A DNA stretch of 24,000 nt from the NCBI GenBank assembly GCA_021646405.1, contig SOER01000004.1:67163-91162 (forward strand), given 5' to 3'. The DNA is from Candidatus Loosdrechtia aerotolerans (GTDB lineage: Bacteria > Planctomycetota > Brocadiia > Brocadiales > Brocadiaceae). The translations under genes were made by a program, and so were the position numbers. How positions within the stretch are numbered: the stretch's first letter is position 1; each line of letters begins with the position of its first letter. Below the pieces are notes generated by a model. It did no database searches and had not been told where the DNA came from. It saw nothing but the letters and a program-made list of their open reading frames with translations. This document shows, in pieces, positions 16,882 to 24,000 of the stretch.

Positions 16882-16935
16882 AAAAATCGGACTAAGAGGA
16901 GAACGATACAAAATTTATTGGAAAGGGTAGATTGA

Positions 16936-18354
16936 ATGCAGACATATGCCATACCATTAGAGAATCAGTTTGATTATCGCCCTTTAAGCGGGGACAGTAT
17001 ATATTTTATCGGGATTGGCGGTATCGGGATGAGTGCTGTTGCACGCATTCTTATCCATGAAGGATGTGTTGTAACAGGCTCTGATGTAAGCGCATCTTCT
17101 TTAATTTCAACGCTGGAGAAAATGGGTGCCCGAATCAATATCAAGCAGGACGGGAGCTTCATGACACCAAAAACGGATATGGTGGTAATCTCAGCGGCCA
17201 TCTCTGAAGATAATCCGGAGCTTAAGACTGCCAGGCAAATGGGAATAAAGGTAGTGAAATACTCCCAGATACTGGGTTCTTTAATGAAGGAAAAACGGGG
17301 TATTGCGATAAGCGGGACCCACGGAAAGACCACAACAAGTGCAATGATCTCAACGATAGTAAAGACGGCAGGGTTGGACCCAACGTTTGTCATCGGCGGA
17401 GAGGTACCGGATATTGGCGGGAATGCTCATTTGGGCAAAGGGAACTTATTTGTTGCAGAGGCATGTGAATATGACAGGTCGTTTTTGAATCTCAATCCGC
17501 AGATAGGGGTAATTACGAACATTGAAGAAGACCACCTGGACTATTACGAGGATATAGAGAAGATAATAACGGCCTTTGGTGATTTTGCTTCCCTGATCTC
17601 GGAAGATGGCCTGTTGGTGGTCAATAATAATGATGCGAATATAGCCCTTGCAGTCCGGAGGGCACGTTCGGGGGTAGAAACATATTCCCTGAATAAGGAA
17701 TCTGATTGGCGGGGGGAGATTTTCTCTGCAGGCGCGGGTATCAACAGATTCAGGGTTTTTAAAAGGAATGAACTTTTTGGTGAATTTTCGTTAAAGGTGC
17801 CGGGGTCTCATAATGTATTCAATGCACTGGCAGCAATAGCAGTTTGTACCCATATAGGAGTAGAGAAAGAAGTCATCCAGACTGCATTAGCATCATTTAG
17901 TGGTGCGAGCAGAAGATTTCAGATTATCAGTACCGAAAACGATATCACGGTAATCGATGATTATGCACATCACCCGACGGAGGTACGGGTAACCTTAAAG
18001 GCTGCACGGGAACTTTATCCCCGGAAGAAGATCTGGTGCGTCTTTCAGCCCCATCAGTACAGCAGGACGCGGTACCTGCTGAGAGGGTTTTCGCAATCCT
18101 TTGAAGATGCAGATAAGGTGATATTTACTGATATTTATGCGGCACGTGACAGTGAGTATGAGGTGGCAGCGACGGGTTCCGGGATGTTATGTAAAGAGAC
18201 GTGCAGGGCAGGTACAGATGCACAATACATTCCGCACCTGCCTGCGGTTGTCGATACCCTCTCTTCGGAAGTAGCTCCGGGAGATGTTGTCATTACTATG
18301 GGGGCAGGTGATGTATGGAAGGTTGCCTGCGATTTGGCCTCCCGGTTGAGATAA
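16936..18354 (+). CDS. murC: UDP-N-acetylmuramate--L-alanine ligase
   Basis: 472 aa with FIGIGGIGMSAVA, GTHGKTTTSAM, DDYAHHPTE and FQPHQYSRT motifs. Confidence 0.93.
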   Translation: MQTYAIPLENQFDYRPLSGDSIYFIGIGGIGMSAVARILIHEGCVVTGSDVSASSLISTLEKMGARINIKQDGSFMTPKTDMVVISAAISEDNPELKTARQMGIKVVKYSQILGSLMKEKRGIAISGTHGKTTTSAMISTIVKTAGLDPTFVIGGEVPDIGGNAHLGKGNLFVAEACEYDRSFLNLNPQIGVITNIEEDHLDYYEDIEKIITAFGDFASLISEDGLLVVNNNDANIALAVRRARSGVETYSLNKESDWRGEIFSAGAGINRFRVFKRNELFGEFSLKVPGSHNVFNALAAIAVCTHIGVEKEVIQTALASFSGASRRFQIISTENDITVIDDYAHHPTEVRVTLKAARELYPRKKIWCVFQPHQYSRTRYLLRGFSQSFEDADKVIFTDIYAARDSEYEVAATGSGMLCKETCRAGTDAQYIPHLPAVVDTLSSEVAPGDVVITMGAGDVWKVACDLASRLR

Positions 18355-18410
18355 AAAGATAGAGTACTCATGAGATTTTTCATGCTTTATGGTGAAAGGA
18401 AATATATTAG

Positions 18411-19394
18411 ATGAGGCCAAAAAATGTTGCTGTATTGATGGGAGGTATATCTCAGGAACGTGAAATATCCTTACGTTCGGGTACTGCGGTAGCAAAGGCG
18501 CTAGAGGCTGCAGGGTTTCATGCATTTTGTGTTGATGTAAAAGATAAGAAGATTGAAGAACTGGATACGAGAGAACCTGATGTTGCCTTTATTGCTTTGC
18601 ACGGATATTTTGGTGAAGACGGAAGTGTACAACAACTTTTAGAGTCAAAAGGGATTCCGTACACAGGCTCGGGTGTAAAAGCAAGTAGAATTGCCATGGA
18701 TAAACTGGCAACAAAACGGTGTTTTATCGAGGCAGGTCTTGAAACACCAGAGTATATTACTGTAACACGATCTCAAGAATTGATAGAAATACAGCATGAA
18801 GTAAGGAGATTTGGTTTACCGGTAATTCTAAAACCTCAAAAAAATGGTTCCAGTATTGGTATATCAGTAGTTAAAGACATGAAAAATCTCGCGGGAGGAT
18901 TAGAAAAGGCATTTGAGTTTGGGTATGAAGTTCTCATTGAACGATACATAAAAAGCAGGGAATTAACAGTCGGTATATTAGATAACACAGCATTACCTGT
19001 TGTTGAGATTAAACCAGCAGCGGAGTTCTTCAATTACGATGCTAAGTACAGGGATACAAGAACAGAATATTTGATTGCAGAAACAGCTTCAAGGAAAGAC
19101 TCTGTTCATACCACCGGATTTCTCTCCTCTTTTCTCTATAATTATGCACAAAAATTAGCGCTCAATGCACATAAGGTACTTGGCTGCAGAGGAATGTCAA
19201 GGGTAGATATGTTATTGGATAATAACGGTAACCTTTTTTTACTAGAAGTTAATACCATACCAGGCTTTACAGAGAAAAGTTTGCTTCCAAAGGCAGCTCA
19301 AGCAGCAGGTATTCCATTCCCTTCATTATGCAAAAAAATCATAGACCTTGCTCTGGAGAATACCTGTATTCATGTGAATGAACGCTATAAATGA
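18411..19394 (+). CDS. ddl: D-alanine--D-alanine ligase
   Basis: 327 aa with VAVLMGGISQEREISLRSG, ALHGYFGEDGSVQ, an ATP-grasp region and LLEVNTIPGFT. Confidence 0.9.
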   Translation: MRPKNVAVLMGGISQEREISLRSGTAVAKALEAAGFHAFCVDVKDKKIEELDTREPDVAFIALHGYFGEDGSVQQLLESKGIPYTGSGVKASRIAMDKLATKRCFIEAGLETPEYITVTRSQELIEIQHEVRRFGLPVILKPQKNGSSIGISVVKDMKNLAGGLEKAFEFGYEVLIERYIKSRELTVGILDNTALPVVEIKPAAEFFNYDAKYRDTRTEYLIAETASRKDSVHTTGFLSSFLYNYAQKLALNAHKVLGCRGMSRVDMLLDNNGNLFLLEVNTIPGFTEKSLLPKAAQAAGIPFPSLCKKIIDLALENTCIHVNERYK

Positions 19395-20317
19395 GAAATA
19401 TTTTCGCAAGTAGTAATACAGGGTTTAGGTTTTTTCTAAATCTTTTTACCGTTAGGGGGGATGAATTAAAGAGCCGGTTCTTTCCTCTCTTTTTACGGTA
19501 TATATTGTTTATATGTGTATTGGTTCTTATAGCCTGGGGACTCAAGAGGGTATGGTGTTCCTTAACGAATTTAAATATTTTCTGGGTCAGTCCGGCCACG
19601 TTCTCTTTTCAAACACCGTTATGGGCAACAGACCGTATTTCTTATGATATAAAACATATAAAATCCTTAAATGAGCATTATAATATATATGAAAATGGTT
19701 TATCCCAGAAGATTGCAGAAATTTATGGAGGATTGGTGTTTGTTAAGAGGGTAGATTCAATTAAAAGGATATTTCCCAATAGACTTAATATTAAGCTTAT
19801 ATTGCGTAAGCCCGTAGCTATAGTCAGAAGCGGAAAAGATACTTACCTTATTGATGATGAGTATGTTTTGTTACCAAAACAGTATTATACATTACCAAAT
19901 TCAGGGTATGAGAATCCCTGTATTCAAAGTAATAGATTATCCGGATTACCGCCGTATGGGAGTGTATGGAATGATGAGGGGATTAAAGTAGGGGTAGAAT
20001 TAATAAAATTTCTGAGATTAAATAACATACACAATCTCTTTAAGATTTTGGTCGTTGATGTATCAAATGTATGTAAAAAACAATATAGAGGCAAGAGCGA
20101 TATTATTTTATGGACAGAGAATAATGTACAGATACTGTGGGGATGTTCTCCATTGTGTAAGACACCGGATGAACTTTCAGATGAGGAAAAATTGCAAAAT
20201 TTACTGAGCGTTGCAAAGGTGGAAGGAACCAGCCTGAAATATATGGAATATGTTGATGTGCGGTGGAAGAAACCGCTCGGTAAACGATGGGTACAGGCTA
20301 ATAACCATAATGAATGA
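19391..20317 (+). CDS. ftsQ: FtsQ/DivIB-like cell division protein (POTRA domain)
   Basis: 308 aa with a single TM (FFPLFLRYILFICVLVLIAWGL). A POTRA-like segment (VKRVDSIKRIFPNRLNIKLILRKPVAIV) follows. It overlaps ddl by ATGA and occupies the conserved slot after ddl. Confidence 0.7.
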   Translation: MRNIFASSNTGFRFFLNLFTVRGDELKSRFFPLFLRYILFICVLVLIAWGLKRVWCSLTNLNIFWVSPATFSFQTPLWATDRISYDIKHIKSLNEHYNIYENGLSQKIAEIYGGLVFVKRVDSIKRIFPNRLNIKLILRKPVAIVRSGKDTYLIDDEYVLLPKQYYTLPNSGYENPCIQSNRLSGLPPYGSVWNDEGIKVGVELIKFLRLNNIHNLFKILVVDVSNVCKKQYRGKSDIILWTENNVQILWGCSPLCKTPDELSDEEKLQNLLSVAKVEGTSLKYMEYVDVRWKKPLGKRWVQANNHNE

Positions 20318-20335
20318 TTTCGGGGAATTGAACAT

Positions 20336-21058
20336 TTATGGTAAATCAGGATTATCGGGGTCCCAGATTAATCCTTGTCCTGCTTGCCGGTTTGGCCAGC
20401 CTTCATCTGTCGTTCCGTCTGAGTCACCATTCTGTATACACTCTACATGTCCGTCGGCAAAGAGGATATTTGCAGCCTTTAAGTGACGTTGTGCAACACT
20501 TCCGGAGGTACCATCAAAATTATCAGCCACTCCTTTATTGTTAATGCGACCATCGAATAGCAGTACGGTCTTTGTAGGATATGCAATTGTTTCGATATAT
20601 CGTTGACATTCTGAATCTGGTATAAGATTTCGGTTCATTTTTATTGTCCGTGTTTTCGATCGGTCAGAAGGGGATATGTTCTTGAAAATAGGATCTTGCT
20701 TTACCAGCAAAACCCGTTCTTCAAGTGAAATTTCTTCCCGCGTGTCTGGAAGTGATGATGAGATCAAATAGTGATCAACAGCTTTAAACCAAACTTCTGT
20801 ATAACAGTCCTTCGTATCATCCCTGCTTTTATCGCTGTTATTTGTACGGGGAAGTAACCCGTTGTTATCATTTGTATACTGTTCAATAGCGAGAAATAGC
20901 TGCCGCAGGTTGTTGCTGCAAACAATTTGCTGTGATTTTTGTTTCACTGCAAAAAGAACAGGCAGAATAATGCTCGATAGGATAGCAATGATGATACTTG
21001 TTATCAATATTTCAATGATAGTGAATCCTTTATTTCCTCCAATTGTATGTATATTCAT
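20336..21058 (-). CDS. prepilin-type N-terminal cleavage/methylation protein with H-X9-DG C-terminal motif (DUF1559-like pseudopilin)
   Basis: 240 aa. The leader MNIHTIGGNKG is followed by FTIIEIL with Glu at +5 and a hydrophobic helix. It also has CSNNLRQLFLAIEQY and a C-terminal HLKAANILFADGH, which is exactly H-x9-DG. Confidence 0.85.
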   Translation of the reverse strand: MNIHTIGGNKGFTIIEILITSIIIAILSSIILPVLFAVKQKSQQIVCSNNLRQLFLAIEQYTNDNNGLLPRTNNSDKSRDDTKDCYTEVWFKAVDHYLISSSLPDTREEISLEERVLLVKQDPIFKNISPSDRSKTRTIKMNRNLIPDSECQRYIETIAYPTKTVLLFDGRINNKGVADNFDGTSGSVAQRHLKAANILFADGHVECIQNGDSDGTTDEGWPNRQAGQGLIWDPDNPDLP

Positions 21059-21357
21059 ACCGCGAGTCTTACTTCAGAATTCATGTAAAAGAAATTGTGA
21101 GGTGAATGTATAGATGTAACGCCTTCATACCTGAAGTTGATTTTTAAGCTAACATATTGCGTGCCAAGATAAGTGAACACTCCATAGGATTTTAATTCTT
21201 GATATATGAACCTTTTATAGAAATTTTCTATGAAAAGTAAATTGTTGCTTCTTTTAAAAACAAATATTAAATTACAGAAATGTATTTTAGAGGCACATAA
21301 TTGTAAAAGGGAATACCGGGGGCAGGAAGAAGTTTTAAAATATTACTGTAAAAGTAT

Positions 21358-21385
21358 TTGACTTTTTTTCTCGAACTGGTAGAAT
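21358..21385 (+). promoter_or_regulatory. sigma70-like promoter with extended -10 upstream of tRNA-Leu
   Basis: TTGACT (21358-21363), a 16-nt spacer, then TAGAAT (21380-21385) preceded by TGg. It lies about 60 nt upstream of the tRNA 5' end. Confidence 0.5.
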
Positions 21386-21447
21386 TTTATCGGATGTTTT
21401 TCAGATATCTTTGATGTAATTTAGATGTACGCAATTCTTATGGAAAT

Positions 21448-21536
21448 GCGGAAGTGGCGGAATTGGCAGACGCGCTAGTTTGAGGGGCTAGTCCCGCTAA
21501 TCCGGGGTGGGGGTTCGAGTCCCCCCTTCCGCACCA
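21448..21536 (+). tRNA. tRNA-Leu (anticodon GAG), class II with long variable arm, CCA encoded
   Basis: Manual fold: acceptor GCGGAAG/CTTCCGC; anticodon stem CTAGT/GCTAG with loop TTGAGGG (anticodon GAG); variable arm TCCCGCTAATCCGGGGT; T-arm GGGGG-TTCGAGT-CCCCC; discriminator A plus CCA. It aligns closely with my recalled E. coli tRNA-Leu sequence. Confidence 0.9.
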
Positions 21537-21680
21537 CTCTGAATCTACCCGCCACAAGCAATTAAGGTAAATAGCTTAAGGAAAGATACTCCGTTAATAC
21601 TTCTTAATGTATGAGAAAATAGGGAATAAGTAGTTCAGTATAATGGTGAGAAGTTTACCCCCCTCGATGGGAGATTTATA

Positions 21681-23702
21681 ATGACGAAGCACAAATTATG
21701 TATAATTGCACTTGTCTTATCTTTTGCTGGTTGTAATGGGAATCAAAATAAAAAGTTGGAATTTGCACCCTTTAGAAAACCGATAACCCTCTCTACTACA
21801 ACAGAAGAAATAGAAAAAAAGGCATGGGAATATGAAATCCCGACGAAAGAAAAGATTCGGGCAGAAGAGGAAAAGAAGATACCGGATGAATTTGTATATC
21901 CGCAGGAGCAGAAAAAGCCCGAGCCCTCACTGCGCAAACCGGAATTTCTTGGGGATAAAATAGATGTTGCATTTAATTTCGATAACGCAGATGTAAGAGA
22001 TGTCTTAAATGTTATATTAGGTGAGGTTCTCAATGTAGACTATATCCTTGATAACAGGGTGGGTGGCAAGTTTAATTTCCATGTTACAGGGCAGGTATAC
22101 AAAGAAGAGCTTTTCTCAATGCTCAATACCGTGCTGAACGTATATAACTTTGCAATAATAAAAGAGGGTGATATCTATAGAATACTTCCGAAAGCAGATG
22201 CCCGGCAGGAATCAAATGTCATTATTGTTGGAGATAAAATTCCTCCCTGGAGTAAAGATATTATAATACAAATAGTTCCCCTTGAGTATGAAAATGCAAA
22301 AAATTTGCAAGCGACATTAAGACCTTTCCTCTCCAATATAGGAAATATCGTTATTCATGCTGAGTCTCAATATATTGTGCTTATTGAGTCTGCATCAAAT
22401 ATAGAAAAATTGCTTACGCTAATTAAAACATTTGATGTCCCATTCTTTGCTGGTAAAGCAGTGAAGTTTTATGATCTGAAATATGTAGATGCACGAAATA
22501 TGGCAAAGGACCTCTCCACTTTTATGCAATCCCTGGGTGGAAAAGTGGGAGGTGAAACAGGATTTAATTTCATACCGTTCACAGATACGAATAAGATGCT
22601 GGTTGTTAGCAGGGCACCCGATCTTTTATCTAAAGTTGACCTTTGGATAAAAAATGTTGACGTGCCTCCAACATTAGTGGATGAACAACCGAAGATTTAC
22701 GTTTATAAAGTACAACACCAAAAAGCAGAAACAATTGTTCCTGTTTTAACACAAATCTATGCTGAAAAAATGGCTGCCCAACAGAAAGTACCGGGAAAGG
22801 AACAGCCCGAGGCTATGAAGATTGTGGCTGATCCAAAGACAAATTCCATCGTAATTAAGGCATCGCCAACGGATTACCGGGGTATTAAAGCAATTATAGA
22901 GGCCATTGATGCAACTCCCCAGCAAGTTTTCATCGAGGCCCTCGTTCTGGAAGTAGATCTTACCGATGATCTGGATTATGGGACAGAGTGGTCAGCTAAT
23001 CTGGGAAGCCTGGAATTACAAGGTTTAGGAGATCTCATCCCTACTGCAGGCCGGCCATTTGTAATGATTGACAGAGGAAACTTCGACATTTTACTGCAAA
23101 TCATTGCCAGAAATACCAGAGTAAAAGTATTATCAGCCCCGCATCTCCTTGTAAGGGATGAACAACCCGCCAATATTCAGGTTGGTAGCGAAGTGCCTAT
23201 TCTTACCAGCTCTGGCCAGCAGACAGGGACAACTGTTACCTTTGAACAGGTTCAATATCGTCCGACAGGTATTATCCTTACCGTAGTTCCTCATATAGGA
23301 GAAAACGACTTCATTACACTGGACATAAAACAGGAGGTAAGCGATGCCCAACAAACAACAACAGGGGTGACTAATTCACCAACATTTTCTACCCGTCAGG
23401 CGGAAACCTCCCTTGTTATAAAAAGTGGACATTCCATTAGCATGGGCGGTATAATCGAGGAAAGAGATGAGAAAACAGTGGAGAAAATCCCGATTTTGGG
23501 AGATATCCCTTTACTGGGCAATTTATTTAAAACCACATCAATTACAAAAGACCGAACAGAATTGCTCATGTTAATAACCCCTTATATTGCTGCCACCGCA
23601 GAAGAAGCAGATTCATTGACATCTGCCTTTCAGAAGAAGTTAAAGATGATAGAACCATTGCTATTACGGAATAGAGATGTCGGTCAAGAGAATAGGTATT
23701 GA
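21681..23702 (+). CDS. gspD: secretin, GspD/PulD family (T2SS / T4P-like outer-membrane channel), probable lipoprotein
   Basis: 673 aa. The signal peptide ends in LSFAGC (lipobox). An N0-like domain (DVAFNFDNADVRDVLNVILGE...) is followed by repeated N1-type domains. The C-terminal secretin domain has VFIEALVLEV, VLSAPHLLVRDEQPANIQVGSEVPI and IPILGDIPLLGNLFK. Confidence 0.85.
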   Translation: MTKHKLCIIALVLSFAGCNGNQNKKLEFAPFRKPITLSTTTEEIEKKAWEYEIPTKEKIRAEEEKKIPDEFVYPQEQKKPEPSLRKPEFLGDKIDVAFNFDNADVRDVLNVILGEVLNVDYILDNRVGGKFNFHVTGQVYKEELFSMLNTVLNVYNFAIIKEGDIYRILPKADARQESNVIIVGDKIPPWSKDIIIQIVPLEYENAKNLQATLRPFLSNIGNIVIHAESQYIVLIESASNIEKLLTLIKTFDVPFFAGKAVKFYDLKYVDARNMAKDLSTFMQSLGGKVGGETGFNFIPFTDTNKMLVVSRAPDLLSKVDLWIKNVDVPPTLVDEQPKIYVYKVQHQKAETIVPVLTQIYAEKMAAQQKVPGKEQPEAMKIVADPKTNSIVIKASPTDYRGIKAIIEAIDATPQQVFIEALVLEVDLTDDLDYGTEWSANLGSLELQGLGDLIPTAGRPFVMIDRGNFDILLQIIARNTRVKVLSAPHLLVRDEQPANIQVGSEVPILTSSGQQTGTTVTFEQVQYRPTGIILTVVPHIGENDFITLDIKQEVSDAQQTTTGVTNSPTFSTRQAETSLVIKSGHSISMGGIIEERDEKTVEKIPILGDIPLLGNLFKTTSITKDRTELLMLITPYIAATAEEADSLTSAFQKKLKMIEPLLLRNRDVGQENRY

Positions 23703-23732
23703 TGGGTTTTCACTCGGGTTGGGAGGGACAAA

Positions 23733-24000
23733 ATGACTATTCCCATTTCCAAAAGGAAGCTCTATCCTTTATGGCACGGCAGGAAAAAAAGAACAGGGAA
23801 TCAGGATAGAGAGGCCCAGGCAAACCTTTACAATGGGTTTACCATTCTTGAGATTATGGTTGCCCTTGCAATTACAGGAATTTCCATTAGCATATTTTTT
23901 AGTTTGATTGGAAATTCCTCGAGATTGAGAGGTAGAATTGATGAACATACAAAACAGGTACTTCTGGCGAGGAATAAGACAGAAGAGGCATTCCTGGGTA
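23733..24000 (+). CDS. prepilin-type N-terminal domain protein (minor pseudopilin), 3'-truncated by window end
   Basis: I translated this manually; it is not in the ORF track because it is open-ended. The sequence is MTIPISKRKLYPLWHGRKKRTGNQDREAQANLYNG|FTILEIMVALAITGISISIFF... GGGAGGGA lies 6 nt upstream of the ATG. It has the G/FTxxE prepilin motif. Confidence 0.75.
   Translation, partial: MTIPISKRKLYPLWHGRKKRTGNQDREAQANLYNGFTILEIMVALAITGISISIFFSLIGNSSRLRGRIDEHTKQVLLARNKTEEAFLG

Noticed and set aside
20250-20544. Plus-strand ORFs of 78 and 68 aa running from the ftsQ 3' end into the pseudopilin gene, considered as a possible short gene after ftsQ
   Set aside because: They are antisense to the well-supported H-X9-DG pseudopilin CDS. 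They have no recognisable motif and nothing resembling FtsA or FtsZ.
21150-21170. TTGGCACGCAATATGT on the minus strand, about 105 nt upstream of the H-X9-DG pseudopilin, considered as a sigma54 (-24/-12) promoter because pilin genes are often RpoN-dependent
   Set aside because: The -24 TGGCAC is good, but the -12 element reads ATGT instead of TTGC (the GC dinucleotide is lost). I could not identify an enhancer-binding-protein site.
21448-23702. tRNA-Leu as an integration site for a genomic island carrying the secretion genes
   Set aside because: I found no direct repeat of the tRNA 3' end downstream within the window, no integrase or recombinase, and no obvious compositional break visible by eye.

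Overview
About 40% GC bacterial chromosome segment, all read by eye with no database search run. It contains four blocks. (1) 1-2769: a three-gene NitT/TauT-type ABC importer (binding lipoprotein, ATPase, permease). (2) 2770-6035: small housekeeping or orphan genes: a glutaredoxin-like CxxC protein, a zinc-ribbon membrane protein, yqeY, a membrane-anchored orphan and queA. (3) 6256-20317: a near-complete division/cell-wall (dcw) cluster, mraZ-rsmH-ftsL-ftsI-(orphan ORF)-murE-murF-mraY-ftsW-murG | murC-ddl-ftsQ. A consensus-like promoter and a triple 10-bp-phased AAGTGGTG repeat, which I read as the MraZ operator, precede it. (4) 20336-24000: a type II secretion / type IV pilus-like module made of an H-X9-DG pseudopilin (minus strand), tRNA-Leu(GAG), a lipoprotein secretin and a second pseudopilin that runs off the window. 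Notable points: the dcw cluster stops at ftsQ with no ftsA/ftsZ, and a convergent pseudopilin gene ends 18 bp later. murD is missing between mraY and ftsW. A 330-bp structured spacer splits the cluster. An unrecognisable 98-aa ORF sits between ftsI and murE. The H-X9-DG pseudopilin plus an FtsZ-less but peptidoglycan-competent dcw cluster suggests the PVC superphylum, plausibly an anammox-type planctomycete. That placement is inference only. I found no mobile elements, CRISPR arrays or obvious defence systems. Most of the window is conserved core genome.
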